DNA of 63,850 bases, counting the filler, from Octopus bimaculoides (taxonomy: Eukaryota): NCBI RefSeq assembly GCF_001194135.2. It is 6 parts of 6 records of this genome, joined end to end, with 100 filler letters (N's around TTAATTAATTAA, not from the genome) between each part and the next. Parts side by side here need not be neighbours in the genome. Positions count along the whole stretch, not along the records: positions 30,314 to 43,842 come from NC_068986.1; positions 43,943 to 61,304 come from NC_068982.1; 4 more parts are not named here. One strand, given 5' to 3'. The notes beneath the pieces were generated by a model, which worked only from the letters and a program-made list of their open reading frames with translations, was not told the origin of the DNA and made no database searches. How positions within the stretch are numbered: position 1 is the first letter of the stretch; the number at the start of each line of letters is the position of its first letter. The translations under genes were made by a program, and so were the position numbers. Positions 36,171-47,714 of this stretch are shown here, piece by piece.

Positions 36171-38049
36171 GTTGACGTTTTTTGTTTTCGTTGGTAGTAT
36201 TTTTGGTTAAATCACTTGTGATTCTGAGTAAGTTGCTTGTTGTTGTATGTTTTTTGAAGGTCTCCTCGTGTGGGTGAACCTTGGATCTGTTAAATTTGTT
36301 GAATTTTGAACTATTGTTGCTGTTTTTGCCTGTTTTTGTATATTTTCTTTCCCAATTATGAGTGAAGTGGAGAAGAGAGGACAGATGGAAAATGAACCAG
36401 CTGGAAGCTATGCATCAGCCACGATTAAAGGAGTATCTATCAACGTCCTGGAAGTATGAGAAATTAAAATAGAGCCCAGAAAGTGGTAGGAGGGCAGTAA
36501 ATTAGTAGAAAGGGAAGGAGCCACTTTGAGGCTGACTCCACCGCAAGAATTGACTAACAATGTGGCGAAATGGACAGTGGTGTACAGAACGCTATCTACA
36601 TCCTCTAAAAAGATTGAGGTTGCCCCAATAGAGGCAATAAAGGAGAGCTTCAAGGACGTGAAGAAACTTACCATATTTTATGCAGATGGAAGGAAGTACA
36701 GCACAGTGGAAGTAAGGTTTGACAATGAAGAAGATGCAATAAACCACTCCACTGTGCCAATAAGAACATGGGAATGGGTACGGTACTTCTGCCGACTTAC
36801 TGTGGCAAACGCATCGCCAGAGTAAGAATTGGCAGAGTACCCCCCAAGATTAAGGAGGCATGGCTGGTGGCAGCAGTCATGCACAGAATGGAGGATGAAA
36901 TAAAAATCTTAAAGATTACAAGAACCAAAAAGGTTAATTAGTGGGGGTATAGCCTCGAGATGGCCATACAAGTGAGCCTAAAAGACTTGTACAAGATCAC
37001 AGAGGAGATCATGCTCCCAGAAGACTTCAGACTAAGAGTAGTAGTGAAAGTAAGACCACCAACATGTTTCTTATGTGGTCAAAAGGGGCACACGAAAGCA
37101 AGGTGCCCCCAAAAAATAAAACGAAGAGGATGAGCAGAAAACTGAAGAACAGAGTACTGAAGTGGTAGTACTGGAAAGAGAGAAAGACAGAGTGGAGGAA
37201 TCATTCACTATCGTGAATAGGAGGAAAAGGAAAGAGTGGGTGAGCTCTCCACCAGAGAGCCATAAAAGGATGAAGGAGATTGAGATGGAGGAGAAAAGGA
37301 ACAGGTTTGAGACACCAGCAGAATCAACAATGGAAAGTAGAGTGGAAGCAGAAACATCATTGCAACATGATGTGGAAGGCTCAGACATTGACGTTTATTC
37401 TGGTGCACCAGGAGAGGAGCCAAGTGAAAAGACTCATTCGGACAGCCTAGATCCGTCGATGAAGCAAACAGATATTAAAAGGGAAAAAAACAAATGGCAT
37501 ATGGTTACATATGCCAAAAGTACGGCAATCGAACGGAAGATCATGAAGTTTAAGTCGATCATAAGAGTAAGGTTGCCACCAGAGAAATAGACAGAAGAAA
37601 CCAAGGGAATAATTATTGACAAGGAGAGATATGAGAAACTGACAGAACTGTTCGGAAGTAGTATAGACCCTTTGGGGTTGAAATAAAATTCAACGAATTC
37701 ATGGAGTATGAAGATTTGAAACCCATAATGAACTGTTAAAAAGAGCAAAGTAAATAAAATTTTATAAAAAAAAAAACAGGAAAAAAAGTCTTTCAAAATT
37801 TAAAAAAAAACCATGCTAAAAGGAAAAAAAGAGAGTGTAAGAAAGATTTGTTAATTTGTATAATTTAACTGTTAAATGGTACTGCTTGAGTGTGGTGCTC
37901 AATGCAGTCATTTCATCATCATTAATTTTATTACTTTTATACATCTTCTATTATTCATTCATTTTATTTTTTTGTCCTCACTGTAGTGTTTTGTCTGTCC
38001 TTTTGCTGTCCCCTCTATGTTATGGCCTAGGTGCCAAAATAAAGAATTA
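36171..38049 (+). mobile_element. ORF1-only non-LTR retroelement (HAL1-like)
   Basis: T-rich 5' UTR, decayed ORF1, no EN/RT remnant, 3' UTR ending AATAAAGAATTA. Flanked by CAGTC at 36166-36170 and 38050-38054. Confidence 0.7.
36358..37686 (+). pseudogene. Gag-like/LINE ORF1 with CCHC zinc knuckle (disrupted)
   Basis: MSEVEKRGQ...; VEVRFDNEEDA; RVRIGRVPP; CFLCGQKGHTKARC at about 37065-37106; charged C-terminus. Stops and frameshifts. Confidence 0.75.
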
Positions 38050-38119
38050 CAGTCAGCGAGGTATGCTGTTCAGGCCAGTCACACAGATGATGAAATACGT
38101 CATCATAATGCAGGATATA

Positions 38120-39630
38120 TCACAAGTTCATGACTGTCATAAATAGGACCACAAATATTGTACAACCTGTTGTAATGCCCTTTTACAGTCTCTGCCATTT
38201 GGTGGTAAAATCTCCCACAGTGAATGTCATCTTCAACAAATCTATGTGTAACATTATAAACTTGACTACTATTGTTGGTAGTACTCCAGTGCACTTTGGA
38301 CTAAGATTCACTTGGATAGACTTAGGCAAGATCTAGTTATACATTTGAGAATGTGTTACTGTTCCTTTTTGCCACCTTGGACAGTTGTATCGATGCATTA
38401 GTTATCTAGTAAATATTATGTTAACCTTTGGCAATGCTGGACCAAAAGATCTCCTTGACATCTAATAAAGAGACCTCTCAAAACTAGTGATGTTCTGTTG
38501 TGTTTCAACTTTTGAGACAGAACAGCCCTCAGTCTTGCTTCTTGTTCCAGATAAAACATAAAAGTCTTGCTAGCCTCTTCAGCAGCAGTAAGCAATTTTT
38601 GTAAATCTTATTTGTGGTACAAGATGGTCGTGGCGCAGAACCTTCCCAAGCTTTTGCCACTTTATTGAAAGTGAACTCTGTTGAAAGGCATATGAAGTTT
38701 GAGATTTGGCAATGGGAAAGGACAATCTCCCACCAGAATATTTCTTGTGGGGGTCAATGTCTACTGCTGCTACTCTACTTTCAGCTGTTTCCTTGGAGCA
38801 TGTTAGCCTTCTGCTTTTTGATTTGCTGAGTAGCTCAGCTATAAATTGGAAGAGGTTGTTAAAAAAGCCCTTCCCTGCCCCCTGCCCTCTCTCTATTTTT
38901 GCTAGAGTGACTCTGTACTAGAAAGCTGGGGTAAGCTTTTCTGTAATTCTGAACTCAGCCAGTTTATTGGCTTCTGCACACCTTTTCTTCTGCTATTTTA
39001 GTTCTTTTCTCAACTCTGGGATCTGATGCTACCACCTACTGGAACAATACTACTTTTTGGCTTTACCTTCCTCCATGCTAAAGGCATATTGACATATTTG
39101 GTATACCATTTGTGCCATGGTTCATATGTGTCTGGTTGTGTCACATTTTAGAAAGTTGTTCTGGTCCCTATTCCACTGAGCCTATCTCAGATCTGTTACT
39201 GGGGAAGATTTAACCATGGCTGAATTTGCCACTTGTGACAGATCTGAGATGCCCTTGGGGTTTTCAGATTCACCCACTCTTTTTTTGCTCTGAGCCAGTT
39301 GAGCAGAGAGATCCTAGGCATTATGGTTTGCCTCCTAGCCTAAGCCCTTCTCCAACTGTCAAGCAGTTCTGAAATAGACCCCTGGTAGATTCAGATGTTT
39401 TGTGTTACTTTAGTTGCTCTTTGCACTTTGATTTGCCTTGGTGAATCTTCATGCTATGCTTGCACTTAAATTCTCAACCAGAGACATTGTATCTCCTGAT
39501 TTCACCCTGCATGCTTACAGAATCAAATCTTATAATCCAAAAATTTTTGTTCAAGTTATGATGGACTATTCTCCCTCCTCTTCAGTCTGCCTGGAGTATT
39601 CTGATTAGTCCTCTGACTGTCAGATCCTGT
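38120..39630 (-). mobile_element. Hero-like LINE, 5' part (zinc finger to mid-RT)
   Basis: CKHSMKIHQGKSKC (zinc-finger remnant); NNLFQFIAELLSKSKSRRLTCSKE; SLLDVKEIF; DTTVQGG; FTTKWQRL*KGITTGCTI...VMN. Colinear with the 33635-35008 part. Confidence 0.75.
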
Positions 39631-39859
39631 TAAATCATCCAACATGTGCCAGCATGGAAGTCAAATGTTTAATGAGGATAATAAGGATTATGATATATGT
39701 ATATGAACAAAAAATGGAAACACCACAAAAAAAACAGTACATTCTGTAAAGTGTGAAGTTGTGAGCACCCTTTAGTCTCATTGACACCAGCACTATATAC
39801 ATGTGTGTGTTTGTGTGTGTGTGTGTGTGTGCGTGCGTGCGCGCATGCGTGCATGTGTG

Positions 39860-39950
<91 letters not shown>

Positions 39951-40492
39951 ATCATACAGTCTGCATTGCAGGTCACACTTTTTCCCAGTTGTTGATTGCA
40001 GATCACAAGGACTTAAACAGCTTCCAGAAGCATTACTTCCTCATATTGTACAAGTAGCACTGGTGTTGCTACTGATAGTTTGAGTGCTTTTAGTTCTCAT
40101 TGTAGCATGCTTTCTCTTCAGTCACCCATGCAGGTTTCACAGGAAATAAAACACTGCTGTAGCCACTCCAAACATACAGCAACTAATTGTGGAGTGCTTG
40201 GTGACAGGAAGGGAATTAAACCATAGAACTATAGAAATACCAGAGAAATGCAATCCCCTATCTTGTCAAAGTGAAGAGTATATCTTGAATACATGCTCAC
40301 TCCACTTCCTGATGATTCATCCAACTCATGCCAGCATAAAAAGAAAATATAAAATAATGATGAATGCATACATACAAACACATATGCATATACAGGGGTT
40401 GAACAAAATAATGGAAACATCTAGCATCATAATTTTGAAATATCTATAAAATTGACAAAAGCTTGTTTATTTTTATGCTTTATGATTTATTA

Positions 40493-42734
40493 CACTGGTC
40501 ATCTGATTTCCTCAGGGATATTATATGGTGTTTTATACGTAGTTTTGTCCACAGATTTCAAAAATGTAATCGGTTTCCTTCTATCAGGCACAGTTTTTCT
40601 GATGAGATACGAGAGGTATATAACTCCCATCAGCAGTGCCACAACACGTAAACATCTTATACAGGTAAATTCTGACTTCTGTTTTATAACTATTTGTATT
40701 CATTTTGTAATTTTGTTTTCATAATCTTTCCTTTTCATATATTTTACTTTCTGTTTAAGATGCCAAGTCATCATCATCATCAAATTCCACTCAGGATGTC
40801 AGGGCATTGCAAGAACAGTCCTGATATATTTTGTCATGTCTGTGGTTCATTTACCACCACAGCTCAGCAATGTGCCATCACAAGTGAAATCAAGAAGATC
40901 TACCAGTTATACTTTGGCTGCTGTCTCGGGGATCAAGATAAGAGTTGGGCCCCGCACAAGCTCAGCTTGTTTAAATGGACTAAGGGATTGGCTAAATAAG
41001 AAGAAGAGAGCAATGCCATTTGCAATACCTATGATATGGAGACAGCCAAAGGATCATTTCATGGACTGTTATTTCTGCAACGTTAATGTATGTGGGTTTA
41101 CTGTAAAGACCAAGCATAAGATTGTGTACCCCAACTTGGAATCAGCAAGAAGACCAGTACCACACAACGATGATGATCTTCCTATTCCAATACCACCAGA
41201 AAATGGCCTTCAGATGTCTGACAAAGATGTATTTCCTGAAGAAAATACTACTGTGTAAGACACCGAAGTGGATGCAGATTTCACGATTGAAAATGAAGAC
41301 GTACCACAGAAATTTCTCAAGGAGAGTTAAATGATTTAGTTAGAGACTTCACATTGACGAAAGATAAAGCTGAGCTATTAGCATCTCGCCTACAAGAAAA
41401 GTGTCTGCTTAAGAAAGATGTTTGTATTACTCATTTCAGGAAGAGAAATAGGGATCTGACTTCATGCTTCTCTGTTGATGGACTACTTTGTTTCAGTAAT
41501 AACACTGATGAGTTATTTTGCTGTTTGTTCCAAGAGCATATTCCAGCTGAATGGCATTTATTCATTGATTCATCTAAGAGAAGCTTCAAGGCAGTACTAC
41601 TACACAACTGCAATAAGAAACCATCCATTCCTATAGGACATTCAGTGCACATGAAGGAGTGTTATGAAAATATGCAAGTACTCCTCAATGCCATAAAGTA
41701 TAGAAACTACAGCTGGAAAATATGTGGAGACTTGAAGGTGATTGGAATGTTGATGGGAATGCAATCTGGGTTCATGAAATATCGTTGCTTTTTATGCCTA
41801 TGGGACAGTCGTGCAGCTAACAAGCACTATGTGCAATCAGAGTGGCCTTTGCAAAATTCATATGAGCCAGGAGTTTCTAGCGTCCAGAGTAAGCTACTTT
41901 TAAACCCAGAAAATGTTCTTCTTCCCCCTCTTCACATAAAGCTTGGCCTCATGAAACAATTTGTGAAGTCACTGCCAGGAAAAACTCAAAAGGTTTTGAA
42001 TATGTGAAGGCCAAATTTCCAAAAATCACTGAGGCAAAACTGAAGGGCGTATTCATAGATCCACAGATAAAAGAACTCCCGAGGACAACCACATCCTCAC
42101 AGAACTGGATGAGACTGAGCTTAAAGCCTGGGATTCCTTCAAATGGCTCTATGAAAATTTCCTTGGCAACAAGAAATCTCTAGAGTTTAGAAATGGAGTG
42201 AAATGTCTTCTAGACTCCTACACTGCAATGGGCTGTCGGATGTTAAAGTCCATTTTCTTGATTCTCATCTGGACTTTTTTGCAGAGAACCTTGGAGCAGT
42301 GTCTGATGAGCAAGGGGAACGCTTTCATCAAGATATTGCATCGATGGAACAATGCTATCAAGGATTTTGGAATGCAGGAATGTTAGTTGACTACTGTTGG
42401 ATGTTATACAGGGATGAACCTGAGACAAAACACCATAGAAAGTCCAAATCCCAAAGATTTTAAGTTGTTAGAGTGTATTCTAACTTATTTGTACACAGTA
42501 ATTTTAATTTTGTACAATAAAAAGCCATGAAATTATCGTATCTTGTATTCAGTATACTTTATATAGACATGCTTTACGTATCTTATAATTTAAAACAGCA
42601 GGTATCATTAACATGAAAATGTGACCTGATAGAGGAAATCGGACTTCAGATTCGTAATCAGCATCAAAAATTAACCCAGAAAAGTCAGTCAGTAACTTTG
42701 ATGATTAAAAGAAGTTTCATTTTCTTGACCAGTG
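40493..42734 (+). mobile_element. Chapaev3-like (CMC) DNA transposon
   Basis: CACTGGTCA...TGACCAGTG termini, TTA duplication (40490-40492 and 42735-42737), imperfect subterminal inverted repeats, and a decayed transposase. Confidence 0.75.
40760..42463 (+). pseudogene. Chapaev3-like transposase (frameshifted)
   Basis: CKNSPDIFCHVCG..GDQDKSWAPH..IPMIWRQPKDH..CYFC; LFIDSSKRSFKAVLLHN; ICGDLKV; CFLCLWDSR; LLPPLHIKLGLMKQFVK; VHFLDSHLDFF..NLGAVSDEQGERFHQDI..DYCW. Confidence 0.8.
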
Positions 42735-42818
42735 TTATTAGTGTTGCTTAATATTTTTTGCTAAAATTGCTGTTTCTTTTCAGATATCATCAGAAAAATG
42801 TAATTAAAATTCATTAAA

Positions 42819-43775
42819 AGAACAGATTTATCAGACTTTCAAAGAGGTCAAATTGTTAGTACTCGTATGGCAGGCGCTAGCATAATGAAAACAGCTAAAA
42901 TGTTTGGTGTATCAAGAAGTATTGTCTCGAAAGTAATGNNNNNNNNNNNNNNNNNNNNNNNNNTAGGGACCATCAGACTCTTATGCGAGTTGTTAGAAAG
43001 GATCACAAAAGTACAGCTCCCAAAATTACAGCAGAGCTTAATGACCACCTCGAGAACCCAGTTTCCACAAAAACTGTTTTTGAGGAGTTGCACAAAGCCA
43101 GATCTCACGGGAGGTCTGCAATCAGAAAACCACTCCTAACAAAAACAAACGTTGCAAAGCATTGGTCCCTAGAGCAGTGGAAGAATGTTATTTTCTTGGA
43201 TGAGTCATCCTTTACCTTATTTCCAACCACCAGCCAAGTATACATGTGGAGACAGCCAAAAGAAGCATTTGACCTGGACTGCCTTCTTCCAACTGTTAAA
43301 CATGGAGGAGAATCTGTGACGATCTGGGAGGCTATATCTTGGAAATCCGCCAGCCCAATAGTTTCCTTTCATGACAGAATTAATAGTCAAGACTATTTAA
43401 GCATTTTATCTGATCAAATTCATCCTATGGTTGCAGAACTGTTTCTGGAGGGAAATGCAATCTTTCAGGATGATAATGCACCAATTCACACAGCTAAAGT
43501 TGTTACTGAACGGCACGAGGGACATTCTAGTGAAGTTGAACATCTTATCTGGCCACCACACTTCCCAGATCTCAATATTATTGAACATTTATGGTGCATT
43601 TTAGAAAAACAAGTAAGGAGTTGATATCCTCCACCATCATCACTACAAGAACTGGAGGCTGTTTTAGCTAAAGAATGAAAAAAATTCCTTTGGAAACAAT
43701 TCAAACTTTGTATGAGTCCATACTTTGTAGAGTTCAAGCTATAATTACTGCCACAAGCAGTCCTATCCCATATTA
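42819..43775 (+). pseudogene. Tc1-like DD36E transposase (disrupted, partly gapped)
   Basis: LSDFQRGQIV..MAGAS..TAKMFGVSRS; VIFLDES; FQDDNAPIH...PDLNIIEHLW, with 36 residues between the second catalytic D and the E. Confidence 0.85.
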
Positions 43776-44001
43776 AAATAAATTCGTTTGAAATTTTAAG
43801 GTGTTTCTATTATTTTGTCCAACCCCTGTATATAATAAATATNNNNNNNNNNNNNNNNNNNNNNNNNNNNNNNNNNNNNNNNNNNNTTAATTAATTAANN
43901 NNNNNNNNNNNNNNNNNNNNNNNNNNNNNNNNNNNNNNNNNNCTATTAGTTTGCAGTCAGGATATTCTTTGCTGTGGTTCCGTTGCCATATCTGAGAATT
44001 A

Positions 44002-44050
<49 letters not shown>

Positions 44051-44304
44051 ACTCTGTGTGTGTGTGTGTGTGTATCTCATACCATTTAAGTATTGAATTA
44101 AGTCGAGTTGCACCCTTTCATTCTCAAAAGGCAAATTAACCTGTATGACAAATAAATAACGATAAAATACGTACCAAACCAAAACTCTTGTAAGCGGCAT
44201 AACACTACTGCACTTCAGTGAGTGAAACTTATAAAGCAATATTAGACAGAGTGATATAGTTTGACAGAGCAAACAAACATGCTGATCCTAATAACTTGCA
44301 ACTT

Positions 44305-44540
44305 GAGGCGGCGAGCTGGCAGAATCGTTAGCACGCCGGGCGAAATGCTTAGCGGCATTTCGTCTGCCGTTACGTTCTGAGTTCAAATTCCGCCGAGGTC
44401 GACTTTGCCTTTCATCCTTTCGGGGTCGATTAAATAAATACCTGTTACGCACTGGGGTCGATGTAATCGACTTAATCCCCTTGTCTGTCCTTGTTTGTCC
44501 CCTCTATGTTTAGCCCCTTGTGGGCAATAAAGAAATAAAT
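44305..44540 (+). mobile_element. SINE family B, full length
   Basis: GAGGCGGCGAGCTGGCAGAATCGTTAGC...GAGTTCAAATTCC...GCCCCTTGTGGGCAATAAAGAAAT. Degenerate duplication ATAACTTGCAACT / ATATCTTGTAACT. Confidence 0.9.
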
Positions 44541-44982
44541 ATCTTGTAACTGGATGCGTTTTGAAGTGGCTATTTTTCGGGAGTGAAAAATAAAGACTGC
44601 ATCATTCACGTCTTTGCAAATTATGTTATTGACGTAAGAATAATTTCAGCTTGAAGACTGAAATCGTATTATGTTCTCTGTTTGTCAAGTATAAGTACTC
44701 AATGAACAGAAAATGCGAAACGCTTTTAATTTATACAGCTACCACTTGCTCACTTCAGTTAAAATTCTGTCGTCACTAGTTGTTCGTGAGTAGAAGATTG
44801 GTGGAGATTCTTCTTCTTCTTCTTCTTCTTCTTCTTCTTCTTCTTCTTCTTCTTCTTCTTCTTCTTCTATTGTTCTTCGAGATACCAGAATAGAATTACA
44901 TACACGCACAGACATACACACATGCGCATGATCTTTAATAAAGAAGGTGAGAAAGAAAAGAAGTAGGAGGGGAAGGAGGTAG

Positions 44983-45015
<33 letters not shown>

Positions 45016-45742
45016 AGAAGAAGAAGAAGAAAGAATAACTTGTTCAAAATGTTAAACAAAGACAATGCTTTTAACCTCGCTTCATCATAAATTTGAAAGA
45101 AAATGGCTTACACACACACACNNNNNNNNNNNNNNNNNNNNNNNNNNNNNNNNNNNNNNNNNNNNNNNNNNNNNNNNNNNNNNNNNNNNNNNNNNNNNNN
45201 NNNNNNNNNNNNNNNNNNNNNNNNNNNNNNNNNNNNNNNNNNNNNNNNNNNNNNNNNNNNNNNNNNNNNNNNNNNNNNNNNNNNNNNNNNNNNNNNNNNN
45301 NNNNNNNACATATATATAGAGAGCTAGAACAGATTAAAAAAAAAATGGGAACATAAATTTATGGTTTCTTCTTATGAAGAGAAGATTGTCGTAAAAGAGA
45401 TATTCTATCAATCAATTTGCCTGAACACGCAGCAGAAAGGAAGAAAAAAAAAATGGAAATAAATCATGGCACATCCCTGTGTTTGTCTAATAACCCATAT
45501 CACAAAAGTAAAGGAAAAACATTACGAAACAAAATTGCAACCATTGTTCTTGAAGAATGAGGTTCCTTCAAGCCTATCTCGGACATGAGTTACGTTACTC
45601 AGTTCAACTTTGGCAGTTAAATTCATACAAGATTTCTGAACAGAACAGATAACGTTTTGGCAACAGCTTATTTAGTACAAAACCTATAATTGGTGTTCAC
45701 TGTCAGAGAATGGTCTGCCTCCACCTTTGTTCCTCGCTCTTC

Positions 45743-45827
<85 letters not shown>

Positions 45828-47585
45828 TCTCTCCATCTCTCTCTCTCTCTCTCTCCATCTCTCTCTCAAACACACACCGAAGTACAAGCTGAGACAAACA
45901 GATGAGTATGTGTTTGTGTGTGTATACATACATGCGCATTGCACACACACACTCATATATAATGTAAGAATGTAGACATGCATACTAGTCTCTTACTCTT
46001 TAGAGTTTTGTACTTTTCTCCCCCTTTTCTTCATATTTTCTACTCCACTCTCTTTCTGCCTCTTCTTCATTCATTTCTTTTCTTTCCTTTCTTTCCTTTC
46101 CTTCCAATTCTATCAATCTTATTCTCTTTTCTCATTCGTTAGTCTTAGCAGTCCGTTACTCTTTACTAATGTACTTCTGCCTCAAACTTTCAAATCCATG
46201 CCTCGTTTTCGTTCTTTCTCTCTGGCACTGTCATTTACTCAACACACCTCTCTATCTCTCTCTCTTTCTCTTTATCTCTCTCACTTTCTCTTGCACTATT
46301 CATTTTATTCTTCCCTCCTCTTCCCCACACCTACAGCCATACGCCTGTTAGCTTTCAGTCAATAACTCTCGCATACATTCTTTCTCTCTCTCCTTTCTCC
46401 ATGTACTCTTTCTTTCTTTTACGTATTTTCTTTTACTTTTTCTATTTCTCTCACTACAAATCTCTTCTTCTTCTTCTTCTTCTTCTTCTTCTTCTTCTTC
46501 TTCTTCTTCTTCTTCTTCTTCTTCTTCTTCTTTTTCTTCTTCTTCTTCTTCTTCTTCTTCTTCTTCTTCTCCTCCTTCTTCTTCTTCTTCTTCTTCTTCT
46601 TCTCCTTCTTCTTCTTCTTCTTCTNNNNNNNNNNNNNNNNNNNNNNNNNNNNNNNNNNNNNNNNNNNNNNNNNNNNNNNNNNNNNNNNNNNNNNNNNNNN
46701 NNNNNNNNNNNNNNNNNNNNNNNNNNNNNNNNNNNNNNNNNNNNNNNNNNNNNNNNNNNNNNNNNNNNNNNNNNNNNNNNNNNNNNNNNNNNNNNNNNNN
46801 NNNNNNNNNNNNNNNNNNNNNNNNNNNNNNNNNNNNNNNNNNNNNNNNNNNNNNNNNNNNNNNNNNNNNNNNNNNNNNNNNNNNNNNNNNNNNNNNNNNN
46901 NNNNNNNNNNNNNNNNNNNNNNNNNNNNNNNNNNNNNNNNNNNNNNNNNNNNNNNNNNNNNNNNNNNNNNNNNNNNNNNNNNNNNNNNNNNNNNNNNNNN
47001 NNNNNNNNNNNNNNNNNNNNNNNNNNNNNNNNNNNNNNNNNNNNNNNNNNNNNNNNNNNNNNNNNNNNNNNNNNNNNNNNNNNNNNNNNNNNNNNNNNNN
47101 NNNNNNNNNNNNNNNNNNNNNNNNNNNNNNNNNNNNNNNNNNNNNNNNNNNNNNNNNNNNNNNNNNNNNNNNNNNNNNNNNNNNNNNNNNNNNNNNNNNN
47201 NNNNNNNNNNNNNNNNNNNNNNNNNNNNNNNNNNNNNNNNNNNNNNNNNNNNNNNNNNNNNNNNNNNNNNNNNNNNNNNNNNNNNNNNNNNNNNNNNNNN
47301 NNNNNNNNNNNNNNNNNNNNNNNNNNNNNNNNNNNNNNNNNNNNNNNNNNNNNNNNNNNNNNNNNNNNNNNNNNNNNATATATATATATATATATAGCAA
47401 TTAGAAAATGGAGGATAATATGCTGTACCCAACGACTTGCAGACAGTGTATCCCGTTCAATTAATTAACTTAATTTGTAACTAAAGTGACAAAAAACCAC
47501 AAAGTACAAGTGTTTATGACAAACCATGTTATATTGACAACCGGGTTTACAAATAAAAGTACATAAGGAATTTGAGAATAAACAT

Positions 47586-47714
47586 AAACTTACAGCTGTT
47601 TCGGCCTAGCGTTGGTATGCCCAATTCTATCTGAATAGCTCCTGCCGGAGTAATTAGCGGATGAAATGCTGAAATGGGGGTACATGCATGATTCGCTAGG
47701 CCTCTTCAGAGATT
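47586..47714 (-). ncRNA. Minimal type I hammerhead ribozyme fold with intact core and 82-nt stem II insert
   Basis: Minus strand: AATCT-CTGAAGA-GGCCTAGCG-[82 nt]-CGCTAGGCC-GAAAC-AGCT-GTA-AGTTT. Confidence 0.75.

Larger units (their letters stand above)
35009..38081 (+). mobile_element. Miniature non-coding LTR element (TRIM-like), 3' LTR split by an insertion
   Basis: LTR1 is 35009-35117 (TG...CA). LTR2 is 36088-36170 plus 38055-38081. A purine tract AAAGGGGCAAGG precedes LTR2. A TATA-like GATAAATAG lies about 30 nt before TCAGTC. No clear PBS or TSD. Confidence 0.6.
40393..43828 (+). mobile_element. Tc1-family transposon, DD36E type, carrying a nested insertion
   Basis: TIRs CAGGGGTTGAACAAAATAATGGAAACA and TGTTTCTATTATTTTGTCCAACCCCTG. 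TA duplication on both sides. Confidence 0.9.

Noticed and set aside
44645-44730. Hairpin followed by CGAAAC on the plus strand
   Set aside because: The CUGANGA box and cleavage triplet are not convincingly present.
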